Assembly (NCBI GenBank): GCA_051294905.1
Contig: CM119372.1
Coordinates: 20,276,001 to 20,340,000 of the forward strand
Reading direction: 5' to 3'
Source: Botryllus schlosseri
Lineage: Eukaryota
DNA length: 64,000 nucleotides
In this document: piece after piece, positions 12,861 through 24,932 of the stretch
How positions within the stretch are numbered: the first letter of the stretch is position 1
Layout of the letters: the number at the start of each line of letters is the position of its first letter
The notes under the pieces: generated by a model
Seen by the model: only the letters and a program-made list of their open reading frames with translations
Databases searched by the model: none
What the model was told of the DNA's origin: nothing
Program-made: the position numbers and the translations under genes

Positions 12861-13793
12861 AGCTGGAAGCGGGGCATAGTGGAAGACTTTTCCAAAACGC
12901 GGAGACAGGAATTTGTCGATAGATGGCTGGTCAATCGATGTCGCGGTGGACTTTGACATGTGAGGCCCTTCAATCGGAATACGGATTTAACACGCGGAAA
13001 CGGATAAAGACAAGCGTACAGGCATATATATACAATATAGATTCAGATCGGACGTATGGTAATAATAACAAATCAATGAACATCTCACACACTGTGACAA
13101 AACTCTTGTATATTGAAGCGCGATAGGCACACTTCCTGCAACATATAGTCGCTATGTGTTATCAAGGGACTTCCAATTCGCTAATAGCATATCGTGCAGA
13201 ACCGCAGGAAGGTAATAGGTTCGCATTGGAGAGAGCTTAAAACTTATAGACATTATGATTTTCCGCATTATTTTTGTAACGTCCTTCCTGTGAAATCTCC
13301 CTGAATTTCTCCGTTTCAGGCTCTTTCTCTCTCTCTCTCTCTCTCGTTAGAACCGTGTTTCTTAACCTTGACTCCAGCGACCCCAAGAGGTGATTTGCAT
13401 TTTGAAACGTTCATGGGCGATATGGGGGCGCTGGGCTCAGGGGAGCGGTCTAGGGTGGTCCAAAATATGGAAAATCTCAAAAATGATGCGTATCCATGTC
13501 TCATTCTTTAGATAAGTGGTTCTCAACCTTTTTTACCTCGCGGACCGGTAAAATTTCAAAAAATATCTGGCGGACCGGTGTACCTTAAAATTTGAAATCA
13601 ACCCAAAATGTAAAGTATGAAACGGTTTTTTGCAGGTATGGTACTAGAGAGTGACATTTTGAGGGGTTTGTGCATGATAGTATTCATGTAATTTGACGGT
13701 AGTTAGTCTACTGAGTCGATGTAAATTCCCATTACAGTCTTTCGCGATGAACGCCGTGGATTAACCGACTACGCCAACTTTATTAATATTCTA

Positions 13794-15908
13794 GGGGAGA
13801 CCGGGGTTAGTTGTTACGATTTTGCCCATTTTCGGCCTCATGGCTTTTCTACTCGTCCTGCGCAAATGATTTTGTTACACTGTCTACACTGATCATCCAC
13901 TTACTTTTACAAAGCAGAATGGAACTTCAAGCTCTTATACGTTTGGAAATATTTGCATTTTAAACAGGTGAGTCTTCTGTCATAACTTGCCCCGAGATGG
14001 GGGCAAGTTGTGACTGGAGAGGAGGCAAGTTGTTACATTAAAATTGTCAGCTGAAAACTCTATATCCATAATAAAAGCATTGTTGTAACCATGTGTATTG
14101 AAAACGAAATGAAAGAAAAATCAAACGAAACAGCAAAATATGAAAAGAAGTCATTCAGTCCTTGCAAAAATCACACACGTAGGGTGTAGAGCGATCACTG
14201 CATGCTTCATGCGCCCACTTTTGACATCCATTGCATTTGACCCATACTTCCTCAGACCTAGAGTTGTCATATGTGTCATGGCACAGTAGGCAATGATTGT
14301 TACTAGCATCTGTGTTTGTTTCGTCAGTGAAAGCTAGGTTTCTTTTTGTTGCTTTTTTTTGTTATTTTCTTTTTGTCAATCTTAGAATTTTTTGCCTCCT
14401 TCGCCAAGTGCTCCTCTTGGAGGCGATGTCGTTCAGGAGTGCTTGTTAAGATGGAGGAGCGGCGCCTCTTTCTCCCACCAATTTTTTTCTGCCTGGGTGC
14501 GGCTTTGTTGAAAGGCCAAATCATCTCTGGTGTTGTCTTGATACCAGTGGGAAAACTAGGCACTGCATTCTCCATTGATCTTGGTGTACCAACTGCATTA
14601 CTTGATGTTGCAGGCTCTTCAGAGTTTTCTGGTGCGCATGCCTTGCTGTTTGAAGTAGAAGTCTCTTCCGATTCTTCTGGTGCACTTACAGCGCTGCTTG
14701 AATCAGCAGAATTCTCATCAGTATTTGCTATTTTTGGCATATTTTCCTCTTCTGGCATGGGTCTGTCGGTCGTGTAGCTTGGAAAAAATCCCTCATCTGC
14801 AAATACATTATCATTGAATGGGAATATCCCAGCCACTTGGAACCCTTTTTGAATGTTGGCTGAGGTTGTTGCCAATGGAAGCGCCTGCTTCACAATTTCA
14901 GGGATATCAAGCATTGTCATTGGACGACCCCGATTGGTCTTCAATAATGCCCTACAAGCAGCATTGTAGTACTTTTTGAAGGGTCCGTAAACACTCCTGT
15001 CCAGAGGCTGCAACTTATGGGAGCAATGAGGAGGAAACGACAGCAACACAACTCCATTATCTCTGCAGTAATCAATCACATGTATGGACGTATGCGAGTC
15101 ATGATTATCAAGTAAAAGTAACACAGGATTTTCTTTTGTACATCGAACAACTTTGATAAAATCAATCACTCTTCTTGCAGCTTCTTCCATAACCATCATA
15201 GGTGTAGTGCCTCTTTTGGTCTTTTTTTTGTAATGCCTCACCATAATCGCCGAGAATATATAGTTTAAAAACAGAATTAATCTACAAGATAGGAGCAGGT
15301 TATTGAATACATTTTCATAAGTAATTGCAGAAGAATCCAAGCTGTCTTCAACTTTTTCATCACTTACTCAGTGTGGTGTAGGTCTAGTGTGGCTTTTAAT
15401 GTCACTGCACAAAGATTTTGGTTGAAATAATGCTAACCCTACCAGGATGGATGAAATTTCATTAATAATAATGCTAATCACACATCATAAATATTCATGC
15501 AAAGATTGAGGCTAGTTGTTACAACCGTAAAAATGTGCCCCCGCCGAATACGGCCTGTTTAAGCTTACTTGCCGCCTTACTTAACCAACAAACAGCACTA
15601 AGTCAACTGTGAAACTAAACTTCAGGTCGTCCGCTTTCTATCGATGTAAATTAAACATATATCGGTCGCACGCAACCACTGATGCACCAGCGACGCTCGA
15701 TTAGTAAAAGTTTTACTTTATAGCCCTCAATACACCTTTTCCTGCATAAAACTTTTTGCAAGCACATTTCGCAAGCCAGGCTTCGTTAGAAGGTACTCTC
15801 CAAATAGCCGAGCAAACTGTGTAAAAATGGTGCGCCATCTCCCGGCAAATAAACAAACCATTGGTGTTGTAACAATGTTCCCCCGTAACAACTAACCCCG
15901 GTCTCCCC
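13794..15908 (-). mobile_element. pogo/Tigger-type (DDE_1) DNA transposon, internally deleted
   Basis: Perfect 25-bp TIR GGGGAGACCGGGGTTAGTTGTTACG / CGTAACAACTAACCCCGGTCTCCCC flanked by TA on both sides. Encodes a DDE_1-type transposase fragment. Confidence 0.92.
14155..15244 (-). pseudogene. pogo-family transposase with internal deletion and frameshifted C-terminal PHD-type finger
   Basis: MVRHYKKKTKRG...AARRVI joined in frame to DFIKVVRCTKENPVLLLLDNHDSH...FPPHCSHKLQPLDRSVYGPFK. A shifted frame reads CLLCHDTYDNSRSEEVWVKCNGCQKWAHEACSDRSTPYVCDFCKD-stop (TGA 14157-14155). Confidence 0.85.
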
Positions 15909-15957
15909 TACTGTTCGACGATATCTAGAGAAGAAGCGTTTCGGGGTCGCACCAAGC

Positions 15958-17172
15958 CAGTGTTGGGATAACCCGATTCATGACTAGATCGAGTCAACGT
16001 CTTCAGATAACTTGAATTGACTCAGCGTTTCAAAAATGTGGATATACTCGTGACTCGTGATTTTCGAGACAATTTCAAGTCATCAAATAATCGTTGTCGA
16101 CTAACTCGCTATTATACGTGCATGCAGAACCGAAAGAGCACTTCGTCAGGCCCCATCAGAACGTTGGTCTTGTGGCAACCTTAGGGTGTTAAATCGTACT
16201 TATGGGGGAGGCTTCGCCCACCAGACCCAATCTCAAGTTATATGTTTTAGCACTACTTGTCAGCGAGTTTTCTTAGAATCATTACCGAGACTGTTTACAC
16301 CGGTCGCGCGTAGCGCAAAAATTTTCCTAAATCATAATGCAAGATTGAATCGATCGATAATATCGTGGATTTCATATATATTGCTATAAATTTGTTTATC
16401 CTCTCTCTGCCGAGGTAATCAGATTTACCGGTGGAGCTGAGTGAGGTGTTGTCATGGAAAATGTTGGCGTCGTGGCGCGGTAATGGCCGTCGCCAAAATG
16501 CCTATTCTATAAATAATGCGTATTTTTTCTTTGGGGAAAAGTACCCAATAATGTGAGCATTGAGCAACCAGCAGTCATTAAATGATTGCGCAACCTGGTA
16601 TTACTCAGCTTCCGTCGGCGAGACACAAATAAATGGATTGCAAACGTAGTGATTAGAGCTTACGTTGCCGTAGACTAGTAGTATTCTATCTGTAGCAGTG
16701 TATTTCTGCTCAGTACTAATCTTGACGAACCTCTTGCATAATTTAGATCGGACTGGGACATTTGTTTATACATTTATAATACTCGTCAACAATTGGTACA
16801 GGCTTCAATTGTATCGTCTGGATATATAGGTGGATTGTGTATTGGATCATATCAGTTTGTCAGTTACCAACGTGGCCTAATAGTTATACGCATAGGCCTA
16901 CGTGAGCCAATCAATTTCCCGTTGAAAGTATAATTACCTCTATATTCGTTACTCGATTCATAGTAAATCAATCTGCACTTCAATCATCTTACAAAATGCA
17001 ATGGCTTGGATCATGCCTCCAACTTCGAAAATTCGACATGACTCTGTGACTTGACTCGTGACTTGAATCGAGTCACCTTCAAAAATCGAGTGTCTTGACT
17101 TGACTCGAGTCATAATGTACAATGACTCGAATTGACTTGTGACTCGAAGGTATGGACTTCATCCCAACACTG
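15958..17172. mobile_element. hAT-type MITE of the GACTCGAGTC-rich CAGTGTTGGGAT family
   Basis: TIR CAGTGTTGGGAT / ATCCCAACACTG with degenerate TSD CACCAAGC / GACCAATC. Confidence 0.75.
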
Positions 17173-17739
17173 GACCAATCACCTTGGCGTGCTACCTTGC
17201 TCATTTCCCATCATCACCAGAGGTACTATGAATGCAATGCGCCGCACGAAAACACCTGGCAGCCGCGATACGGGCTTATTCACAAAATGAATGAATCAAA
17301 AACGAATTATCGTGGAAACTGCGCGGTTTAGCGAGTCAGCTCGCAGGCCTATACTTGTCTCTCGCATGTCGTCAAAGGAGACTGCTTGAACTTCAAGTTA
17401 AATCGAATAGGTTACCAAGTCGAATGTTACCTCGCGAAGTTGTCAATATGTTGATGTTTTATTTATTTCATCAATTGACAAGCCTTCAACATTTTGCATC
17501 TTGAAATTAAGGTGTAAAATTTTAAAATATACCTGGCGGACCGGCACCGGTCCGTGGACCGGCGGTTGAGAATCACTACTTTAGATTATTGATAAAAAAA
17601 CGTCAACGAGCCTGCAGTAGGCTCGCACGTAAGTCCTTAAGATTCGGCTAAAAGAGTTTGAAAGTAGCTGCCGAAGAGTGGGGGTACCACCGACCACAGA
17701 ACGGCGAGAAGACTAGTAATCGATGATTTCATTTAAACT

Positions 17740-18000
17740 CAGCATGTCGGGCGCCAACTCACACTCCCTGCCTCTCGCCTGTCTCTCTATCTTACCCGGT
17801 AAAGATAGAGTTTTGTAGAGCAAAACAATTTCAGGCAAGTCTTACTATGAAGTCAAATCGACTTGCGTATGGAGTGTGCGCCTGTGGGCACACTTTCCGC
17901 TATCAGGCCATATTGTCGTAGAACTTATCCAACACTTGCGAAGGGATTCTGAAGTCGGACTCGAAACCATAATCTATTGAAACGTAGGCCTATATGCTCA
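17740..18000 (-). mobile_element. Possible decayed RTE-type LINE 3' fragment
   Basis: The - strand reads LSLPGKIERQARGR, resembling the RTE ORF tail motif LQGKIEGxRxRGR. Otherwise heavily decayed. Confidence 0.3.
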
Positions 18001-19445
18001 ATGCTCATTGCAGTCATCAGTCGGACATCGGACAAATCGTATATATCATGCGTTATCATATATCTAAGCATGGCAAATATCCAACACATAGTCAATTACT
18101 CGATGAAGTCGTGAATTTGACTTCAGCTATACTCACCGAAAAAATTCTCGACTTTTCGCTGCTTTTGACATTGTGCTCATTTTCGTCTATAGTCAACTAT
18201 GGTCATTGGTCATCGCTCCGTCTGGTCGTAAATTACAATCGAGAGAAAACTATGGAATCTCGCTTCCGTATCAACCTGTGAATACGCTTTTTTAGCTACG
18301 AAATACAGCCATATAACTTCTCAACTAGTAACAGTCAGATGCAGCATGTTCTTGTTGTAGGTCCTGAAGCTTTTTAATTATTAATGCCGAAATGCACAGC
18401 ATATATATAGTATTCTCCTGGCAAGTTCTTTCTCGCTATGCATCATTTATAACGAGGACCAATATTGGCATAATCGGGATTCTGGTCATATCCTGACGAC
18501 ACACGATGTATTTATGTTATCGGCTAGTTGCAGACCTGGCCCCCCAGAACGAAAACAACTTCCGAACCCATCTGCTACTTGTCCAGCCTTCGGCTTGTAC
18601 AAAGTCAAGCGATTGATGTAGCATCGATCCCTGTCCAATTTGTGTCAAGCGAGTATGTTATAGCTTAACTGAATTAGTACTGTATCCCCGTATATCAACA
18701 GTGGATCAATATCGCTGTATATATCAATAAATGCGCCAAATGCGACCGCTTCTGTATCACCTTAAACATTGATTTGTGCAGCTCTACGAGGATAGTTCAA
18801 ATTTATTACTCATGAAGAGACACTTCACGCAGATTTGCACGCGATGATTGGACTTACGGTTGATTAGGTGACTTGGGTCGAAGCTTAGATAATGATACGC
18901 GTCTTTTAATATGCCAGTGGTTTTAAACCGCTGGGCCGTATGAGGTTTTCGAGGTGGGCCACGGAGCTATTTGAAAATCACGAAGTTGTTGTTGTTTGTG
19001 GTATTCATGGTTTTTGTCGACTGCTACGGTCATTCACAATAGGCCAATTATCTTTATTTTTATGCCTTAGCTCACGACTTGTAGCACGGCCCACTTCGAG
19101 GCTTCTATACGAAGCTGATGCAAAGTGTATTCTTGTCCACCTTGTTATTCCAGCAAAATATCTTCACATTACTAAATTTATTCTACTTCAAGCTCTTAGA
19201 CTGAGGCTGACTTTCAACGGCAGCGAGCCTCTATGAATATGAGCTGAAGTTGAATGAAACACTTTTGTTGACGTGTCGTTATGATCGCAGAAGCAACGGA
19301 TGCAACTTCGAATATAAGCCTACGTCACCACTATATATAAGATATCGGGAAACTAAAATACAACACTGACAACAGTAACGCAATATTCCCAGGCTCCGAT
19401 CAAGTCTGCTCTACAAAAAATATCTATATATTTCCTGAAGAGATG

Positions 19446-19728
19446 CACTCTCAGAGAAAGGGGTGTGTAGTCACACCCAAAAGGAGGTACATAAAACAGA
19501 ACTTGACTCAGAATTATATCGCGGTTTTAAATGCTTCGTGCATACGTGCCTCTGCCCACCTGCATACCTTCCTACGTCGCTACGTGCATTTGGATTAAGA
19601 TGTTGTGTTTGATTTATACCTGGGTGTAGGTCTGAGGTAGGTTCTGGTTACATGTGTCACGGGTGTATATTCACACCCGTATATCATGGGGTAGACAGGT
19701 GTGATTACACACTTTTTCTCTGAGAGTT
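19446..19728. mobile_element. CACT-terminus (CMC/EnSpm-like) MITE
   Basis: CACTCTCAGAGAAA ... TTTCTCTGAGAGTT, flanked by TG on both sides (possible 2-bp TSD). Confidence 0.6.
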
Positions 19729-20113
19729 TGGGAGGTAAGATTTTTCAAAATGGACAGCGGGCCACGACCAGTGGTCGGATTCACCAGTTTCGCCGCCCCG
19801 GTTTATATACAAACGTGTCACGAAATTTTATGAGATCAGTGAACCGGCTACTGGTTACTGTCAATAACTATATGCAACAGAACAGGCTGAAGCATACGAC
19901 TTTTGTAACAGAAACAGATGACTAAAAGTTAGAACCGCGCCACTGGCCACGACTCTGAAAAAATTAAGATCTGTCTTGGACATTCAGTTTCAATATCGGG
20001 CTGACTTCTCGGGGCTATAGTGAATCCATGATTTAGATTAATTCGTCTCATCATAACCTTCTGTTAGCGTATTCGCAAATGTCGCCTGTCAAAATTTATA
20101 TGTACCGATAGAC

Positions 20114-21370
20114 CAGGGGTTCTCAGCCTTTTCTTGGCCGTGGCTCATTTTCCCGTTTAAAAATATGCTGTGGCTCACCTGATATCTTAGAGTCATAATC
20201 TTGTTTAATGCGTGGTCAACTGGTCATGGACAGTGCCGATATGCCTATTTCTCAAAAATATGCGCATTTTTCTCTAACTGATTATATTTAAATGTCGATC
20301 TTCCGGGATATGAAATCGCGCGAATCGCGAAAAAAATTTCAAGTTGAATAAATATCATCCAAGAAACGACCAACGAAATAATCTTGGGCCCTTCGAGCTC
20401 CCCCAATTGGGGGTGTGGGTGCGGCAGTTACGGCCAGCTGCTAGATCATAAGCTAAAACGCCCAAGTAGATTATTTTCGTCCGCTGCTCCATGCGCGTCG
20501 CGAAACGCAAGGAAGAGATCCCCGCACTATGGGATTGGGACTTTGGTGATACTATTGTGGGGAATACTATAATCATTCTGGGCCAGCATCGGACATTCAT
20601 TGGTGAATGGGGTACAACAGAGAAGTGGAGAAAGATTTTTCAATATGCATGATGTAGGCTACTTTGTATGTCTCGTACCAAACCAACTGAAGTTGCGATG
20701 TCAGAATATTCAATCCAATGATACAATCAATTCCTGTGACTCATTCATACGTACAATGATTTCCGGGCCGGACATTTTAAAACGACTTCAAAGATTAATG
20801 CGCTCCCATAAATCCTCAATCCATTAAGGTTCGTTGCGGTAGTGCAGTATACCTCTGCCAGAAGTTGCTAATAATTTGCAATTATGGCTATTTTTAGCTT
20901 GCAATAATACGGCCTGCCGAAGTATAGTAAATCTGTACATCACAGTAAATCTGTACAGCACTCCATTGCGAGCTCATTGCATACCCCTTTCAGCGGCATA
21001 CGGCATATGACACTATGCCGGAATACTTGGTTACTTCAGCATTATCTTCTAGTTATTATACGCTTGAAATTATTTTAGTTGCGGTTAGCCGTAGGTTGTC
21101 ATAGCCAGTAGAAAAAGCCACCGTTTCTCCCTAACGATTTCGATTTGAACATGCTGACTTCATGCGTGCCACTACGTCTAATCAGAGTCGGATGAAAAGC
21201 GTTATGTAGCCTACGTATAATTAGATAATACGAATATATTTTTAGCGAATGACATGAGAAATATAACTGAACTGACATTAATTCTAAAATTTTCTAAATA
21301 GCTCTGTGGACCACCTCAAAATGCTCTGTGGCCCACCAGTGGGCCATGGCCCACCCTTTGAGAACCCCTG
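20114..21370. mobile_element. hAT (Charlie/Buster-type) non-autonomous element
   Basis: CAGGGGTTCTCA ... TGAGAACCCCTG with perfect TSD CGATAGAC (20106-20113, 21371-21378). Confidence 0.88.
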
Positions 21371-21395
21371 CGATAGACCGACAGAGGATTGATAA

Positions 21396-23757
21396 CACTG
21401 GTCTACATATTTCGAAAAAAATTTTGCGCCAAAAATTTTAATGATTGATTCAAGGTAATTCAAGGTTGCTGGATCCGATTATGTGCTCAGTATTTCTCCC
21501 TTACGTCAGATTTTTTCCGTAGGAATTTTTCTCATTTTCCTGAATTAATCAAATTTCGGCTTTCGTCAGTGACATCGCGTTAAGCATACAACAGCATCAG
21601 ATCAAATATTGTTATTGAAATCATTTATCATGAAACCTTGGTTATTGTAGTACAGAATGAGTGAGTTTTCGGTGAACTTGGATCCAGTGATTCTCTATTT
21701 TCGTTCAATCAGAAGCGTTTTTCGACCCATAACATTACACTGGTGTACAAAGTTCAAAAAAAATCCGCCCCAAAAAAATTAATGATTTATTTAGGCTAAT
21801 TTTAGGTTGCTGAATTCGATTCTGTCGTCAGAACTTCTCTATCCCATCAGAATTTTTCGGTATGTATTTTTCTCATTTTCATAAATTAATAAAATTTCGG
21901 CTTTCGTTAGTGACATTACGGTCAGCGTACAAAAGCAACAGATCAAATATTGTTATTGACATCATCTATCACGATGAAACCTTGGTTGTTGTGGAACAGA
22001 ATAACTGAGTTTTCGGTGAACTGCAATTACATACTTATAGCCCCCAGAAGTCTCGCCCAGCGCTCCCCCAATCGTAGGACCACCACTGGCTGTTTCGTTG
22101 AAAATGCCCCCCCCAGACCGCAGCAAATTTCGCCATAGCTTAATGTTCAATCCATCTTGTCAATAAAAATAATTACGAATAATATGTCGCGTCTCAGGAG
22201 TTCTGTATTTCTTGGAAAAGAAGCCTCACCGTCTCGGCGTTTATAAGGCCAAAAACAATAAAGACAAGAAATGGTGAACGAACGTATTAAGCAAATACAA
22301 AATCAATTGCCCCCTCAAAACAGAACTTTTCGGGCTTTCGCCGAAGCGAAATCAGCGACAATATCCTCAAAATCAAGTCTATTTCTATAGAAAGAATGTA
22401 TATAGCTGATAGCCGATCATCATTCATGGTTGAACGTTAATAAGACTTTATCAGTTTGAGCTTTGAGAAGGTCCTCTCACAGCTCGCAATTGAAACACCA
22501 ATGGTCAGACAAAGTTTCAGATACGAGCATAGATGTGGTGTCGAATCAATAGGTGTGATTTAACTAACCACTGTAAAACATCAAACGCTGTTCATGTTCA
22601 TGTTCAAAAAGTGCTGATCATGATAACTTGAAAAAATTATCATCATTAATCTCCACCTGTACTTATCATGCTAATTCTTCTTCTCCAGTTTCTATATATT
22701 GTCACATTTTATAGAAATCGGGGAAAGCTGTTTCTGAACAGTTCTTCTTTTGGCTTCTTTTGCATTGTCTATTATAGACAACCAGATGGATGGAGATGGA
22801 GTCTGTATGCTTACTAACAACTCAACACGAAACCTGAAGTGCGTGTTACTTCACAATAGAAATAAATATGCATCGGTTCTAGGACAGTCGATCCCTTTCG
22901 ACATAGGACATTCTGTAGCCTATCCAAATACCACGTGTTCTATGCTGGAACAAAGCCAGACATTAGCATTGGGTTAATTTCGAGGCGTTTTGTAGTGGCG
23001 TAGTGTTCTGTATGATTAAACGCCAGTTCTAAATACAAAAAGCTTTACATTTTTGGTGGTTTCTGATTTGCCGTAACATTTTACTATGAACTAGAGTCAG
23101 TCGAAGTGATCAGCGTTGCTACTCAAGTAGTACAAGTAACGCCTTACATTGTTACTCACAAGTAGAAGTAGTTATTTCTAAGACATGTCAAAACTAGTTC
23201 AAGTGGAAGACGAAATGAAAGGTCTGAAAATTGCTAAAAGTCAGTATATTTGGTCGGGAGAGGGTGGTCGCATACTTTCAACAGTTAGTCGGAGGGGGCT
23301 ATATACGAAATTGCAAGACGTATCGCCTCATATAACGCAAAATGACCATAATGGCACCACCCATGGGTAGAATCTTCAAAAAATATATTTAGTTACGGTG
23401 ATTCAGAGGCTATTTTACGCGTTTCGTATGACAATTTAACTCATGATAGTGGTGCAATATTATCCCTGAGCTACTTTCAACTTTCCAAAAACCTAACTGC
23501 AAAAGTAATTAGTTCATCCAGAATACTATTCATGTAGATGTTGAAGTACTTGTAAAACATTACTAATTCAGTAAGTATTGCAAGTAGCCAAAATCTACTT
23601 GAATACCTCAAAAAAGTAGAAATATTCAACATATATTATATCTCGGAAACGTGACGTGATGGAACAAAAATAAGTCATATTCGTATTCAGCGCCCGCCCC
23701 AAAATTAGGTATAATTGACCCAAAGAAGTCCTGGCGCAAAAATCGTGTAGACCAGTG
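21396..23757 (+). mobile_element. Chapaev3 (CMC superfamily) transposon, decayed
   Basis: TIR CACTGGTCTACA / TGTAGACCAGTG with TAA on both flanks (3-bp TWA TSD). Internal peptide NSTRNLKCVLLHNRNKYASV...IGHSV (about 22810-22920) matches the Chapaev3 transposase motif SKRSLKxVLLHNGNxYxSxPxGHS. The 5' ~340 bp is tandemly duplicated. Confidence 0.8.
22320..22530 (-). mobile_element. hAT transposase C-terminal dimerisation-domain remnant
   Basis: Inverted homolog of 39060-39290 (LTIGVSIASCERTFSKLKLIK...FASAKARKV). Confidence 0.7.
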
Positions 23758-23844
23758 TAATATACACGGATCTTATCTTGTCAAAGTGTGTAATCAAGAT
23801 TAAAAGTCATGGCAAATTTTAAATCTGGATTACAGTACAAAAAC

Positions 23845-24347
23845 TGAAGAGCTTCTTGGAAGTACTGAACTTCAATATACAATTGAATAGTATATTCATT
23901 TTGAAATGAACCCGAATATTTTCGGCTGAAACTCGTCAGGGGCTATCGTCAGCAACTAGTAGAGAATTGTAAAGGACATTGTATATCAATAATCGTATCA
24001 CAAAAGATGACGTCACAAGCATGAAATTTCGAATGAGAGAGCGTTCAATGTACTATTTTTAAGTGATACATGAACTCCTTTTGTTGATAAAGTTTTGGTT
24101 GGTGTATTTTGATAAAAGTCGACTCCAATTCACACAAATCGAAGTGTGAACGACCCATCCCAACCACGCGAAATCTGTCGTGTCGATAATTATTCGCCCA
24201 AATCGGAATATCTAACAGATGTTTCCCGATGGCAGAATTAATGGCCTTTGATCGGTCGGCATCAAGCTTAGACGGATGAGTTAAGGGTGAGCTTTTCACC
24301 CAGCGTGATGCACGTGTTCTGGTAACTCTGGGGACATGCTGGTACAT
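23845..24347 (-). mobile_element. Penelope-like retroelement remnant (GIY-YIG C-terminus plus pseudo-LTR)
   Basis: ORF 24045-24347 SAIGKHLLD...DRFRVVGMGRSHFDLCELESTFIKIHQPKLYQQKEF resembles the Penelope GIY-YIG tail. The downstream segment recurs at about 32330-32500 and 46820-46965. Confidence 0.8.
23910..23943 (-). ncRNA. Minimal hammerhead-ribozyme-like motif (Penelope-associated)
   Basis: The - strand reads GCCC-CUGACGA-G-UUUCAGC-C-GAAA-AUAU-UC-GGGU: core boxes, stem I and a palindromic stem III cap. Confidence 0.6.
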
Positions 24348-24503
24348 GCTGCAGTATTGCTATAAAAATTTACGAATGTACTAATAAGTGTTAGATTAAT
24401 AGCCACATACTACAGTGTAGGAATATATATTTTATAGTGAAATTCACTAGTATATATCTTTCGAGGTTAAGTGTAAGCTGCATGTGCTACGGGCTTAAGC
24501 TAT

Positions 24504-24897
24504 TAGGGTCACCATATTCTGAGATCCAAAAAAGGGGACACTTTTTACAATTCACAAAATATAAAGATAACATTCAATAATTCTAGAAATTTTACTGCTA
24601 ATATAGATGGATTGTCTAAAAAAAAGTTCATTTTTTCCAACTCGACTCGCGAAAGACCATCCTCCCACTATAATCGGTTAGAGTTGACTTTTTTGTTAAT
24701 CAGCCTTGCCGGTGAAATCCAGATTTCACCTCTACTATGGCGTTTTTTAGTTGTGTCGATCGCCTGACTCTCAAAGCTATAAAGGAGGAAGATTTGCGAA
24801 AAAAGAGGACATTTGCTGGTCTTCGGATGGGAGGACACTTAAGATTTCTTGAAATTGAAGTACAAATCCCCCTAAAGAAGGACATACTGTAACCCTA
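24504..24897. mobile_element. hAT (Blackjack-like) MITE
   Basis: TAGGGTCACCATA...GGGACA start and GGACATACTGTAACCCTA end, with internal GGACA repeats. Confidence 0.55.
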
Positions 24898-24932
24898 CAA
24901 AATTGTTACAGTCGATTGATGTCACTTTTGCA

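Larger units (their letters stand above)
13514..17578. mobile_element. hAT (Charlie/Buster-type) element hosting two nested insertions
   Basis: AAGTGGTTCTCAACC ... GGTTGAGAATCACTA with perfect 8-bp TSD CTTTAGAT (13506-13513, 17579-17586). Confidence 0.85.

Noticed and set aside
14346..14777. 143-aa hydrophobic ORF on the + strand
   Set aside because: It is the antisense shadow of the pogo transposase.
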